From an uncultured delta proteobacterium (GTDB lineage Bacteria; Desulfobacterota; Desulfomonilia; Desulfomonilales; Desulfomonilaceae), in contig CAWBKB010000001.1 in assembly GCA_963789265.1 (NCBI GenBank), forward strand, positions 1 to 64,000: DNA of 64,000 nt, written 5' to 3'. Positions within the stretch are counted from its first letter, which is position 1. Each line of letters opens with the position of its first letter. The notes under the pieces are model-generated. The model had not been told where the DNA came from, did no database searches, and saw only the letters and a list, made by a program, of their open reading frames with translations. The position numbers and the translations under genes were made by a program. Below, piece by piece: positions 30,490 to 41,543 of this stretch.

Positions 30490-32094
30490 ATGGATACCTA
30501 TCCACCGTTTTTTCGGACTTTGGGACAGATCTTGGAGGAAAAAGCCGACGCATGCGGCGATAAGGTGTTCCTTCAATACGAAGAGGAAAAGACTGTAACT
30601 TATAGAGAGGCTGATGCCATTGCCAACCGCATCGCTAACGGACTGATTAAACTCGGTGTGAGAAAGGGCGACAAAGTCGCCTTGTTCCTGCCCAATTCCC
30701 TGGAATGTCTGTATCTTTGGTTCGGGATTTCGAAGGCCGGGGCCATCGATGTTCCTATCAATGTGGCCAACAAAGGTTATTTTCTTTCCCATCAGATAAG
30801 CGATTCCGAGGCGAACGTCCTCATTATCGAGCGAGGCTTCATGGACCGGCTTCAGCTCATAGAGAAGGACGTGCCAAAGCTGGAAAAGGTGGTGATCTGG
30901 TCAAAAACTCCCTTGAGCGGAGAAATGCCCAGCCTGGGATTTGAGTGTGCGGCCTACGAAGATTTATTAGCCGGCTCTTCTGAAGCGCCGCAAATCGCAA
31001 TTAATCCTACCGACATCCAAACTATTATCTATACATCCGGAACAACCGGGGCGGCCAAAGGTGTGATGGATCCTCACACCAAAATAGCGCACTCGGCTCT
31101 GGAATACATCGAGGCGGTAAAGGCCGCTCCCTCGGACATCTTCTTCACCTGTCTGCCCCTTTTCCATGCCAACGCCAGGATCTTATGCATTTATCCAGCA
31201 ATGCTTCTGGGAGCTAAGGTCGTGATCTATGAGAAATTCAGCGCCTCCAAGTTTTGGGAAGAGATCAAAAAGGCCGGTGCCACAATTTTTAACTCTCTTG
31301 GGGCCATGGCCCATTTTATCTACAACCAACCCCGGAAGGAAAACGATGCAGATAATCCGGTGAGGGTTTGCGCGGCCTTTCCTATGCCCGCATCCATCTA
31401 TGACGATTTTCAGACAAGGTACGACCTGAAAGTGACAGAAGGCTACGGGCTGACGGAGGTGGCCATAATCACTTACAACCCCTATGGCCAACCCAGGAAG
31501 GGCTCTTGCGGGAAGGAGACCGGGAGTTTTGAAGTCAGGATTGTGGACGAAAATGATTTTCCTGTACCTCCAGGAACGGTAGGAGAAATCGTCGCCAGGG
31601 GACGAATGCCATGGGTCACATCCCTGGGATACTGGAATAGGCCTGACAAGACCGTTGAGCTCGCTAGGAATCACTTTTATCACACCGGTGACGGCGGGTA
31701 CCTTGATGAGGACGGTTACATGTACTTTGTCGACCGGATGAAGGATTATATCCGAAGACGGGGGGAGAATATTTCATCCTTTGAGATCGAAAGGGTGGTC
31801 AATGCCCATCCGAAAGTCGTCGAATCCGCCGCCGTGTCGGTCAAATCGGAACTTTCCGAAGACGAAGTCAAGATAAGTGTTGTTTTGGAAGACGGCGTGA
31901 AGCTGACTCCGGAGGAACTGCTGGCCTTTTGTGAAGAGCGGATGCCCTATTTTGCCGTTCCCAGGTATGTGGAGTTCGTGGAGAGTCTTCCCAAAACCCC
32001 CAACGAAAAGATACAGAAAGCCAAATTGAGAGAGTCTGGCATTACGCCGGATACCTGGGATCGGGAAAAGGCTGGATATCAGGTAAAGAGATAA
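30490..32094 (+). CDS. Acyl-CoA synthetase, CaiC-like
   Basis: IIYTSGTTGAAKG, EGYGLTE, HTGD, DRMKDYIRRRGENISS. Confidence 0.93.
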   Translation: MDTYPPFFRTLGQILEEKADACGDKVFLQYEEEKTVTYREADAIANRIANGLIKLGVRKGDKVALFLPNSLECLYLWFGISKAGAIDVPINVANKGYFLSHQISDSEANVLIIERGFMDRLQLIEKDVPKLEKVVIWSKTPLSGEMPSLGFECAAYEDLLAGSSEAPQIAINPTDIQTIIYTSGTTGAAKGVMDPHTKIAHSALEYIEAVKAAPSDIFFTCLPLFHANARILCIYPAMLLGAKVVIYEKFSASKFWEEIKKAGATIFNSLGAMAHFIYNQPRKENDADNPVRVCAAFPMPASIYDDFQTRYDLKVTEGYGLTEVAIITYNPYGQPRKGSCGKETGSFEVRIVDENDFPVPPGTVGEIVARGRMPWVTSLGYWNRPDKTVELARNHFYHTGDGGYLDEDGYMYFVDRMKDYIRRRGENISSFEIERVVNAHPKVVESAAVSVKSELSEDEVKISVVLEDGVKLTPEELLAFCEERMPYFAVPRYVEFVESLPKTPNEKIQKAKLRESGITPDTWDREKAGYQVKR

Positions 32095-32226
32095 CCAATC
32101 AGAACAACGGGATAGGCCGGAGGTTTAGGTAAAGCCGAAGATCGAATTTGAAAGTTGACCAACAAAATAAAGAACTAGTAGGGCTGAGCAGTGATCCGGC
32201 CAACTGATGGAGATAAGGAGTACCAA

Positions 32227-32622
32227 ATGTCAGAAGTGGTTCCATTTTGGGAAGGGGTCTTCGTACAGGATAGCGAGGGAGGGAGGTTGCTTGGGAATAA
32301 ATGCCTCGCGTGCGGAAGGATCTACTTTCCCAGGGCAGAGTTCTGTTTTGATTGCCTGGCTCAGGACATGGAAGACTTAGTATTAAGCCGTCGAGGGAAA
32401 CTGTACTGGTACACGATCGCTCGGATGCCCTCTGCCCATTTTGCCCCGCCATACACGCTGGGACTCATTGATCTCCCTGAGGGTCTGCGCGTTTTTGCCC
32501 CGCTCGAACTTCTCGATGATGATTCGTATCGGCTTGGGATGGAAATGGAAGTCTGCATAGACGTCTTGTGGAAAGAGGGAGATCAACAGGTCATGGGATA
32601 CAAATTCAAACCCGTGATCTGA
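32227..32622 (+). CDS. DUF35 Zn-ribbon/OB-fold protein (thiolase partner)
   Basis: CLACG..YFP...CFDC followed by an OB fold. Confidence 0.9.
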   Translation: MSEVVPFWEGVFVQDSEGGRLLGNKCLACGRIYFPRAEFCFDCLAQDMEDLVLSRRGKLYWYTIARMPSAHFAPPYTLGLIDLPEGLRVFAPLELLDDDSYRLGMEMEVCIDVLWKEGDQQVMGYKFKPVI

Positions 32623-32636
32623 GGAGGAGGTTCTCG

Positions 32637-33782
32637 ATGAGAGAAGTAGCAGTAATAGGGGTCGGACAAAGTGCCTTCGGGAAGTTCCCCTGGCGGTCTG
32701 CGGCTTCCCTTGGGGCCGAAGCGGTAAAGGAGGCCATAGCAGATTGCGGTATCTCCCCTCGGGCCATTCAAGTGGCGTATTGCGCCAGGGCATACGATGC
32801 CAATTGCACCGCCCAAGGCATATTGAAAGAGGTGGGGATTCGAGGCATCGAGATGATCAACGTTGAAAATGCTTGCGCCGGCGGCGCAACCTCTTTTCGA
32901 GAGGTCTGGAAAGAAATAGCCGACGGCCGTTATGACGTGGGTATCGCCATGGGGGTGGAGTCCATGACGACTAGTCCCGTGGCGGGCAGGCTGATTCCGC
33001 CGGAAAAATCCGATCTGGATGGGCACTTGGGACTGACCATGCCAGCAATGTTTGCCATGGTAGCGAGAAGGCAAATGGAACAGGGAGCCACCGTGGAAGA
33101 TTTTGCACAGGTCTCGGTCAAAAACCACAATAACGGCTGCCTAAATCCTCAGGCACAGTACAAAAAGGAGTTTTCCGTCGAGGATATCCTTAGTTCCCGC
33201 ATGATTTGCGATCCGATCACCCTCCTCATGTGTTGTCCCAACACAGATGGGGCCGCGGCCGCCATCCTATGTTCTATGGAGGTAGCCCGAAAGTACACCA
33301 GCCATCCCATACGGGTACTCGCTTCTGCGCTCTGTTCGGCGGACTACAAATTTACCCAAGAAGATATCTGCGCCTCGCCTGTGGGGATCAAGGTGGCGAA
33401 GATGGCTTACGAAATGGCCGGCGTGGACCCCAAAGATATCGACCTGGTGGAAATGCACGACGCCTTCGCCAATGAAGAGGTCTTGCGCTACGAGGACCTC
33501 ATGCTCTGCGCGCCAGGTGAAGGCCTGGATTTGCTTCGCTCGGGTGCCACCGCCATCGGCGGTAGGATCCCGGTTAATCCCAGCGGCGGACTTCTCGCGC
33601 TCGGACATCCTTTGAGCGCCTCAGGAGTCCGCACCGTGTGCGAGGTAGTCCTCCATCTCCGGGGCCAGGCTGGGGCACGGCAAACGCCCAAGGCCAAGGT
33701 CGGTCTGGCTCAGATGTTGGGCGGCCTAGTAACCAACCTGGAACACGGGGCGGTGGCCGGTATTCACATTTTGGCTCGCTGA
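32637..33782 (+). CDS. SCP2/SCP-x type thiolase family protein
   Basis: NVENACAGG, DGAAA, EMHDAF, NPSGGLLALGHP. Confidence 0.93.
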   Translation: MREVAVIGVGQSAFGKFPWRSAASLGAEAVKEAIADCGISPRAIQVAYCARAYDANCTAQGILKEVGIRGIEMINVENACAGGATSFREVWKEIADGRYDVGIAMGVESMTTSPVAGRLIPPEKSDLDGHLGLTMPAMFAMVARRQMEQGATVEDFAQVSVKNHNNGCLNPQAQYKKEFSVEDILSSRMICDPITLLMCCPNTDGAAAAILCSMEVARKYTSHPIRVLASALCSADYKFTQEDICASPVGIKVAKMAYEMAGVDPKDIDLVEMHDAFANEEVLRYEDLMLCAPGEGLDLLRSGATAIGGRIPVNPSGGLLALGHPLSASGVRTVCEVVLHLRGQAGARQTPKAKVGLAQMLGGLVTNLEHGAVAGIHILAR

Positions 33783-33792
33783 GAGGTGGTGG

Positions 33793-34191
33793 ATGATTAA
33801 GCGATTCAATCACGTAGGAATTGCCGTCAAAGATTTGGATAAGGCAGTGGCTTTTTTCGAGGAGATGTATGGCACCAGGCTCATAAGACGAGACAGGTAT
33901 GAAGCCCAACAGTTCGAAACGGCCCTGGTAGGGATCGGTGATATGCGTCTGGAATTGATCGCCAGCCTTGATCCAGAAAGTTTGATTGCACGTTTCATTG
34001 AAGACAGAGGAGAAGGGATCCACCACATGTCGCTGGAGGTCGATCAGTTCGAACAGGCCATAAGGGAATTCAGAGGAAAGGGGCTCAAATTACTTGGTGT
34101 AGCCGAAACCGGTGATTTCAAAGCTGCGTTTATCCATCCCCAGGGAAACCTTGGGGTCCTCACTGAAATCATGGAGCCCAAAGAGCGGTAG
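33793..34191 (+). CDS. VOC family protein (methylmalonyl-CoA epimerase-like)
   Basis: HVGIAV, LELI, GEGIHHMSLEV, AFIHP, LTEIME. Confidence 0.88.
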   Translation: MIKRFNHVGIAVKDLDKAVAFFEEMYGTRLIRRDRYEAQQFETALVGIGDMRLELIASLDPESLIARFIEDRGEGIHHMSLEVDQFEQAIREFRGKGLKLLGVAETGDFKAAFIHPQGNLGVLTEIMEPKER

Positions 34192-34239
34192 CGGTAGAGC
34201 TTTCACAGACACAAGGATACCAGAAGGAGGATCGAGGCT

Positions 34240-35242
34240 ATGGGAGAAAAAGAGCAGACCTTTGAAGAACTGAAGCCAATGCTTAGGCCCAACGGGGTCG
34301 AACCAGGGGTGATGAAGGTCGATCCGGAAAAGTGTACCAGTTGCGGGCTTTGCATTCTGAACTGTCCCTTTAAGTGCCTGGAGATGGACGAAGACAACCA
34401 CCCGAAGATGAAGAGTGACTACGTATGCATGTCCTGCTTCAACTGTGCGGTCGCCTGCCCGACGGATGCCCTGTCGATTGCGTCCATCTATAACGTAAAG
34501 GGAGGGTTCTTCGATACCCAAACCCCCGCCATTAAAATGCCGCTTCCGCCGAACGATGCGGAGGGTAAACAGGTCGAATGGAACGCTGTGGAACGATTGG
34601 TACTGGAACGAAGAAGCGTGAGGCATTTTAAGAAAGACCCGATTCCTGAACCGCTAATACTCCGTGTGCTGGAAGCAGGACGCTTTGCCCCTAGCGGCGG
34701 CAATCATCAGCCGTGGAGATTCACTGTAGTCACCAATCAGGAAACGATAGCCGAGCTGGAAACAGCCTGCCAAAACTTTTGGGCCGGTGTTTACCCCGTG
34801 TTCAAAAATGATGAGACGATAATGAACATGGTGGGAGTTGTGGAAACAGGGGTTTTCGATCCCAGAACCCAGTTCGGCATCCGATGTATAGCTCTAAAGG
34901 AGTTACCCGTATTCCTCGGTGCCCCCGCGGTCATCTTCCTGGGAGCCCATCCTAAACTGAATAATCCGGCTCTTGTCATCGGTATCTGCGGCCAGAATAT
35001 GACTATCGTGGCCAATTCTCTCGGCCTAGGAGCCTGCTGGACCAATTTCGGAGGTGTCGCGGTCAATGCCGTTCCCGAGCTGAGATACAGATTAGGATTT
35101 GAAGACCCCTGGGTCTGTACATACGGCCATCGTACTGGGCTATCCGAAATTCAAACAATCCGGAATGGTGCCGCGCCACTACCGGCCCGTCACTTGGTTT
35201 CGCACCGAGTCCAAGGACCCTCAAATCGAGGAACAAGTTTGA
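34240..35242 (+). CDS. 4Fe-4S ferredoxin-nitroreductase fusion; frameshift near 35115
   Basis: Two CxxCxxCxxxCP motifs, RRSVRHF, APSGGNHQPW; the canonical TAIVLGYP C-terminus lies in the +1 frame, ending at TGA 35240-35242. Confidence 0.88.
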
Positions 35243-35341
35243 CCAAGGCTGCGTCGAGCCCCACCCGGCAGGGGAAAGACGATGCCCGTTCGAGCCAAAG
35301 GGCAGGCATAGCGGTACACGCAAAAAAAAGGAGCAGGAACC

Positions 35342-36592
35342 ATGGACTATTTTGACCTAAACATGAATCTGTCGCCGGAGGACATCGCCTTGAGGGAGAC
35401 CGCCAGCAAGTTTGCCAGAGAGGTCATGCGCCCCATTTCCATTCAACTTGACCAGATGAGTGCCGAAGACGCCTTCGCGACCGCATCACCGTTTTGGGAT
35501 TTCATGCGAAAATCTTATGAACTCGGCTATCATAAGCTCCCGTTTCCCGAAGATTTCGGCGGACCCGGTCTCACGCCCTTACAGATTCAGATTGTCATGG
35601 AGGAATTGGCCTGGGGGAGTTTCGGATTGACTCTAACCCTCAATACGAGCCTGGACGCTGCCGTTGCGATGGGAGGGACCGAGGAACACATCAAGAGTTT
35701 CACCATTCCGTATTGCCAATGCACAGATGCCAGCTACATTGGTTGTTGGGCCATCACTGAGCCCGACCACGGCTCAGACACGCTCATGGTCGGTTATCCC
35801 AGTTTCCGAGACCCAAGCATCCAGGCCCAGTGTCGAGCCCGCCTGGACGGAGACGAGTACGTGATTCACGGCCAGAAATCGGCCTGGGTTTCCGCGGGTC
35901 CTCTCGCCAACCGCATCCTTTTGATGTGCCAGATCGATTCCTCGATCGGACACGCTGGAGGCGGCATGTTTATTTTCTCTCTGGACCGCCAAGGAGTCTC
36001 CAAGGGCAAACCCGTTGAAATGGTGGGCGCGCGGGACCTATGTCAGGGCGAGGTCTTTTTCGACGAGGTCCGCGTCCCCAAAGAAGCCTTGATTATAGGG
36101 CCGGAAGGTTATGAGGCGGCGCTGGAAGCGCACTTATGTATGACTCTTCCCATGGTGGGTACGTGGTCGACAGGGCTGGCACGGGCTGGTTTTGATGAGG
36201 CCCTTGCTTACGCGAGGGAACACGTTCAGGGCGGCAAACCTCTCATTGATCACCCGAATGTCCAGCAAAAGCTTTTCGACATGTTTCGTAAGGTGGAAGC
36301 CAGTCGGCAGTTGTGCCGTGCAGTCTTTGTTTATAACTGGTCCCATCCGATGCAACCTGAAAAGCGTGCCATCGAGTACGCCATGGCTGCAAAGACTTTT
36401 GCAACCCAAACTGCATTGGAAGTTACAAGCGACGCAATCCAGATTCTGGGAGGCAATGGACTGACGAGAGAGTATTTTGTGGAGAAGCTATTCAGGGACG
36501 CCCGAACTACTTTAATTTGTGATGGGTCCAATGACACACTCTCTGTTGCTGGAGGGAATAAGATCGCTCGGACGTACCCGCGGAACAGGTGA
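35342..36592 (+). CDS. Acyl-CoA dehydrogenase
   Basis: WAITEPDHGSD, GQKSAWVS, AIQILGGNG, EKLFRDAR. Confidence 0.93.
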   Translation: MDYFDLNMNLSPEDIALRETASKFAREVMRPISIQLDQMSAEDAFATASPFWDFMRKSYELGYHKLPFPEDFGGPGLTPLQIQIVMEELAWGSFGLTLTLNTSLDAAVAMGGTEEHIKSFTIPYCQCTDASYIGCWAITEPDHGSDTLMVGYPSFRDPSIQAQCRARLDGDEYVIHGQKSAWVSAGPLANRILLMCQIDSSIGHAGGGMFIFSLDRQGVSKGKPVEMVGARDLCQGEVFFDEVRVPKEALIIGPEGYEAALEAHLCMTLPMVGTWSTGLARAGFDEALAYAREHVQGGKPLIDHPNVQQKLFDMFRKVEASRQLCRAVFVYNWSHPMQPEKRAIEYAMAAKTFATQTALEVTSDAIQILGGNGLTREYFVEKLFRDARTTLICDGSNDTLSVAGGNKIARTYPRNR

Positions 36593-36662
36593 AATCGAGA
36601 TGCCAGTGGAGAATGCACCGTTTTGGTCTGATACGGAACTAGACATGGAAAGGAGGTGTTGA

Positions 36663-37496
36663 ATGAAGTTGGAAGGCAGAGTTGCCCTGATTACGGGTGC
36701 CGGCAGCGGCTTTGGCAGAGAAACAGCCATACAAATGGCGCAGGAAGGGGCAAAAATCGGAGTTAACGATGTCCATGCACAGGCCATTGAAGAAACCTTG
36801 ACGGCTATTCATCAGGTGGGATCCGAGGGATTGTCCCTGCTGGCCGACGTGGGGAATGTTGATCAGGTAAAAGCGATGTTTGAGAAAACTATTTCAAAGT
36901 GGGGAACAGTGGACATCCTGGTCAACAACGCTGGCATCGCCATGAAACCAGACTGGAAGGACTATGAGGAACTCCACAATACCGCTGTTCTTAAGATAGT
37001 GGATCAGGTGATGAAGACTGGAAAAGCGCAGGAGTCCATGAAAATCACGTCCACATTTAAGGATGAATGGTGGCACGCCACCCTGAATGTGAACCTCAAC
37101 GGCACCTTCTACTGCACCCGCGAGGCGCTTAGAGTGATGGAAGAGAAAGGGAAGGGTAAAATTATCAATGTAGCATCGATCGCAGGAGTTCATGGTGAAC
37201 CTAATATTCCTGCCTATTCTGCCTCTAAGGGTGGGATCGTAGCCTTCACAAAATCCGTGGCTAAGGAGGTCATCGGTTCCGGTATTATTGTCAATGCCGT
37301 AGCCCCAGGGTATTGCGATACTCCCCTTTTGACGAGCATTGATCCAAAACTCCTGCCGATCCTGAAAAGCCAAATACCTATCGGACGTTTGGGAACCGCC
37401 ACCGAAATAGCCAGCCTGGTTGTTTATCTGGCCACTGACGAAGCCGATTATATTGTGGGCCAGGTCATCGGGGCCAATGGTGGTATGGGGATTTGA
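36663..37496 (+). CDS. Short-chain dehydrogenase/reductase (FabG-like)
   Basis: TGAGSGFG, NNAG, YSASK. Confidence 0.93.
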   Translation: MKLEGRVALITGAGSGFGRETAIQMAQEGAKIGVNDVHAQAIEETLTAIHQVGSEGLSLLADVGNVDQVKAMFEKTISKWGTVDILVNNAGIAMKPDWKDYEELHNTAVLKIVDQVMKTGKAQESMKITSTFKDEWWHATLNVNLNGTFYCTREALRVMEEKGKGKIINVASIAGVHGEPNIPAYSASKGGIVAFTKSVAKEVIGSGIIVNAVAPGYCDTPLLTSIDPKLLPILKSQIPIGRLGTATEIASLVVYLATDEADYIVGQVIGANGGMGI

Positions 37497-37578
37497 TCAT
37501 GTAAGCGCGGGGTTAGATCTCTCTCAGTGGAGAGAATGGATTCTGGCCTTTAACCAAACTGCAAAGGAGGATTAGGCA

Positions 37579-38778
37579 ATGAAGCGCATGGGATTGTTTC
37601 TAACTTTGGTTTTCATTCTTGCTGCTTTTGCCGTTGGTTGGCAGCCTTGCTTTGCCGCCGGCACCAAAACACTGAAGATAGGGGCACTGGATTCCCTGAC
37701 AGGGGTAATGGCGCCTGGGGAAGGTCCTATGCACCAGGGGGTGTTGCTGGGAGCCGACTGGATTAATGACAAAGGGGGTATCACCATTAAGGGACAGAAA
37801 TATCACATCCAAGTGGTCTCTGAAGACACGAAAAGCACCGGTGAAGGTATGATCGCTGCTGCAAATAAATTGATTATGGAGCAGGGCATCAAATTCCTGG
37901 TTGGTGGAGTTATGACCGAAATGAATCTAGCCGCAAATTCGGTCGTAGTGCCGGCTGGAGTAACCCTTATCCGACAATATATCTGTCTGGCCCCTGATGA
38001 ACTGGGACCCAATGCCCCACAGGTATTCAGCAATTCTCCGGGCATCGTGGCCGGCATGAGGATAGCCTTCGCTTATCTTAAGGAAAAATATCCCAAGGCC
38101 AAAACCATGTCCTTCATTTGGCCCGCTGACGGCGGTGAACCTTACCGGCAGAAATATCTTAAAATGGTGGCCGATGAATTCGGTTTCAAAGTGGTCTTCA
38201 CCGGGTCGTTCCCCAACGACACCACGGACTTCAATCCGATTGTGGCCAAGGCCCTTGAGGCCAAGGCGGACATCTTTTCCCCCATGGACGGATGGCCTTA
38301 TCACATAGGCTCAATCATTAAAGCCTCTCGGGCCATGGGATACAAAGGGCCCCTCTTCAACGTTACTCCCAGTGCCCTTTCAGACATCATAGACGCCGCC
38401 GGTCACGGAAAGGAAGTAGAGGGTTTCTTTATTGTCAGTTGGCATATGGATGATCCCAAGTTGGGGCCTCTCATGGCTGAAATAATCAAAAGAGGGAAGG
38501 CCAAGTTTGGGAAGACTTCTCATTGGCACTCATTCGGGTTCAACACCGTCTGGGCTCTGGTTCAGGCCATTCAGTCAGCCCAAAGCTTGGATCCGAAAGT
38601 GGTAGCCAATCACTGGCGCACCATGAAAAGCCTACAGACGGTAACCGGACCGGGGATCATGGGTGGACAGAAGACGTTTGGAATCAACAACGTGGTCTGC
38701 CAGCCTCTGGCCATAGTTCAGTGCATAAAAGGCAAACCGGTAAACGTCAAGTGGGCCGCCAATAATCATACGCCGTGA
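37579..38778 (+). CDS. ABC transporter substrate-binding protein, branched-chain amino acid (Liv) type
   Basis: Signal peptide, LKIGALDSLTG, TTDFNPIV; precedes livHMGF-like genes. Confidence 0.88.
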   Translation: MKRMGLFLTLVFILAAFAVGWQPCFAAGTKTLKIGALDSLTGVMAPGEGPMHQGVLLGADWINDKGGITIKGQKYHIQVVSEDTKSTGEGMIAAANKLIMEQGIKFLVGGVMTEMNLAANSVVVPAGVTLIRQYICLAPDELGPNAPQVFSNSPGIVAGMRIAFAYLKEKYPKAKTMSFIWPADGGEPYRQKYLKMVADEFGFKVVFTGSFPNDTTDFNPIVAKALEAKADIFSPMDGWPYHIGSIIKASRAMGYKGPLFNVTPSALSDIIDAAGHGKEVEGFFIVSWHMDDPKLGPLMAEIIKRGKAKFGKTSHWHSFGFNTVWALVQAIQSAQSLDPKVVANHWRTMKSLQTVTGPGIMGGQKTFGINNVVCQPLAIVQCIKGKPVNVKWAANNHTP

Positions 38779-38812
38779 GTAGGCCGTTAGGAAGAAATCT
38801 GGAATTCGAAAC

Positions 38813-38862
38813 CCGAAACCGGGACCCAATCGGTGACGGCAGATCCAGGTTCCCGGTTTCGG
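38813..38862 (+). terminator. Intercistronic stem-loop after the binding-protein gene
   Basis: CCGAAACCGGGA ... TCCCGGTTTCGG (12-bp arms). Confidence 0.5.
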
Positions 38863-38947
38863 ATTTGACCCACTGAGTCTATTTGCGGCCCTGGGCAGAC
38901 AATGATTCAGCCTTTTCCATCGGAAAAATAGAACGGGGTATCAGAGA

Positions 38948-39808
38948 GTGGTTTCACAAGTGGCAGGGCATTTGATAAATGTGCTGATGATATCGTCCAT
39001 ATATATATTGGCCGCCCTGGGTTTTGCTCTCGTTTTCGGCGTCATGCGCATCATGAATTTTGCCCACGGCGCTTTCTACATGGTCAGCGGTTATGTCTGT
39101 TACTATTTCTGGGTCATTCTAGGTTTGAATCCATGGCTGGCCCTGCCGCTGACTATGGCCGTCATGGCACTCATCGGTCTTTTCCTTGAGAAGTTTTGTT
39201 TCCGCCCTTTCCGAGGCGACTTTGAAAAAGCAACTATCATGGCCATCATTCTGGTCATCATCCTGAAAACCGGGGCCGATCTGACTGTTGGTCCTTATAC
39301 GAAAAGGCTACCCTCCATATACCAAGGCGCTATCACCATCGGGAATATCAGCGTGAACGCCGATAGGCTGGCTATCCTAATTATCTGCGCCGTCCTGTTG
39401 ATAGCACTTACCCTCTTCATCCAAAAGAGCAAGACCGGTCTGTCCATGCTAGCCATTGCAGAGGATCAGGAAGCAGCCGCTTTGCAGGGGATCAATATTG
39501 ATCGCATTTCCGCCCTGGCGTTTGCCATGGGCACCGGCTTGGTCGGGCTGGCCGGGGGAGTTATGGGCTCGGTATCCGTTTTGCATGTTGGGGTGGCAGA
39601 CGTAATACTGATACGAATCATAGCCGTGGTCATTCTTTCCGGTATTGGAACCATCGGCGGCATTTGGGCCGGAGGGCTCGTTATGGGCGCACTGGATGCC
39701 CTTTGCCCCTATTTCTTGCCGGCGGCTTTTTCCGATTTATTTAGTTTTAGTCTAATCATCCTGATACTGGTAGTCAGACCCCAAGGTTTTTTTGGACATG
39801 AGGTGTGA
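38948..39808 (+). CDS. livH: Branched-chain amino acid ABC permease
   Basis: ALGFALVFGVMRIMNFAHG; VRPQGFFG. Confidence 0.9.
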   Translation: MVSQVAGHLINVLMISSIYILAALGFALVFGVMRIMNFAHGAFYMVSGYVCYYFWVILGLNPWLALPLTMAVMALIGLFLEKFCFRPFRGDFEKATIMAIILVIILKTGADLTVGPYTKRLPSIYQGAITIGNISVNADRLAILIICAVLLIALTLFIQKSKTGLSMLAIAEDQEAAALQGINIDRISALAFAMGTGLVGLAGGVMGSVSVLHVGVADVILIRIIAVVILSGIGTIGGIWAGGLVMGALDALCPYFLPAAFSDLFSFSLIILILVVRPQGFFGHEV

Positions 39809-40764
39809 TTTTGTTTGACCGACTATTTCTCCCCGGAGTCGCTTGGGGCAAGCACGGCGGCCTCACTGGTTTCACAATCCTCTTGTTCCTCGCCCCGCTA
39901 TATTTAAGTAGTTACCACCTACACCTGGCCAATCTGGTGTTGGTATATGTACTTCTCACTAGCAGCCTTCGCACTATCTACATTTCAGGACAGTTATCGC
40001 TTGGTCATGCGGCATTCATGGGTATCGGGGCCTATAGTTCCGCCATATTGGCCAAGCAGTTGGGCTGGACGCCCTGGCTCACGATTCCGATCGGCGGACT
40101 TTCAGCCATGATAGCCGGCATCCTGATAGGCTTCCCTTTTTCCCGGTTAAGGGCAATCTATTTTTCCATGGCCAGCCTTTTTTTTGGGATCACGGTGACT
40201 GCCCTCACCGGCGTTTTTCCCGACTGGACTGGCTATCTGGGCGGGATGCCTGGTATTCCCCGCCTGCTAGGCTATTCCAAGGTTCCTTACTTCTATTTCT
40301 TTCTGATCTTGACCTTGCTCTCACTCTTTATCCTTTATCGGATTGAACATTCTCGAATAGGCCTGACCTTTAGGAGTGTCGCCCAATCCTATCTGGCGGC
40401 ATCGAGTAGGGGCATAAACGAGGCAGGCGCCAGGATCCGAGCCCTGGGTATAGGCTGTTTTTTTGCCGGTATAGCCGGCGCAGGCTATGCCCACTATAAC
40501 ACGTTCATTGCTCCTTCCAACTTTTCTTTGCTGCCGAGTATCTTTTTGGTGGTTTACCTTTTGGTCGGCGGGACGGAAAGCTTCGCCGGCCCTATTGTCG
40601 GCGCGTTCGTTCTGTACCTGATCCCTTACGTTATGAGCGGGCTCAAGGGATACACCCCATTCTTGCTTGCCGGCGTGCTGGCTGTGGTCATCTTCCTGAT
40701 ACCGAAGGGCATCGTCAGTTTGCCGGACCAAGTTAAGTCGTGGTTTAATGGAGACCGAAAGTAG
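39805..40764 (+). CDS. livM: Branched-chain amino acid ABC permease
   Basis: GQLSLGHAAFMGIGAY; RLRAIYF; PKGIV. Confidence 0.9.
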   Translation: MILFDRLFLPGVAWGKHGGLTGFTILLFLAPLYLSSYHLHLANLVLVYVLLTSSLRTIYISGQLSLGHAAFMGIGAYSSAILAKQLGWTPWLTIPIGGLSAMIAGILIGFPFSRLRAIYFSMASLFFGITVTALTGVFPDWTGYLGGMPGIPRLLGYSKVPYFYFFLILTLLSLFILYRIEHSRIGLTFRSVAQSYLAASSRGINEAGARIRALGIGCFFAGIAGAGYAHYNTFIAPSNFSLLPSIFLVVYLLVGGTESFAGPIVGAFVLYLIPYVMSGLKGYTPFLLAGVLAVVIFLIPKGIVSLPDQVKSWFNGDRK

Positions 40765-40778
40765 AGAGGTTCTGAATC

Positions 40779-41543
40779 ATGCTTCTTGAAACTGCCGGAC
40801 TGACCAAGATTTTTGGAGGATTGATTGCACTTCACGATATCAATATGTCTATAGAGGAAGGTGAGATCGTCGGCCTGATCGGTCCCAACGGAGCAGGAAA
40901 ATCGACTATCATCAATTTGATCAGCGGTTTCTTGCGACCCCACAGCGGAAGAATCCTGTTCGAAGGGAAGGACATAACCGGGTTAAAACCTCATTTGATG
41001 GCCCGGCTGGGAATTGGCCGTACCTTTCAGATTACCCCTTTCTTTGGTGAGTTTACCACGTTACAAAATATCGTGGCATCCTTCTATCTGTCTGCCGACA
41101 ACAGCTTGTTCGGATCCATCTTTAACACACTGTCCTATCGCCAGAAAGAAAAAGCAATTTTAAACCAAGCCGAGAAGAACTTAGAATTGGTAGGTTTAGG
41201 GCCGGTGAGAGACGAACTGGCCAAGAACTTGCCTCACGGATTTCAAAAGGTGCTCGATCTGGCTACGGCCCTTTCCGTTAAACCTAAAATACTATTGCTG
41301 GATGAGCCTATCGGCGGGATGGACCCAGACGAAATTGCCCTGGCCTTGCAAGTTATTGACAGAATTCGCGCCCAGGGGACTACGATCCTCTTAGTGGAAC
41401 ATAATGTCGGTATCGTCATGAGCCTTTGCGATCGGATCATGGTAGTCAATTACGGACTAAAGATTGCCGAGGGACCACCCGATGAAGTGAGGGCCAATAA
41501 CGAGGTCATCCGGGCTTATTTTGGTGAAGAATATGCTGCTTAA
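40779..41543 (+). CDS. livG: ABC ATP-binding protein
   Basis: GPNGAGKST, RTFQ, LLLDEP, LVEH. Confidence 0.92.
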   Translation: MLLETAGLTKIFGGLIALHDINMSIEEGEIVGLIGPNGAGKSTIINLISGFLRPHSGRILFEGKDITGLKPHLMARLGIGRTFQITPFFGEFTTLQNIVASFYLSADNSLFGSIFNTLSYRQKEKAILNQAEKNLELVGLGPVRDELAKNLPHGFQKVLDLATALSVKPKILLLDEPIGGMDPDEIALALQVIDRIRAQGTTILLVEHNVGIVMSLCDRIMVVNYGLKIAEGPPDEVRANNEVIRAYFGEEYAA

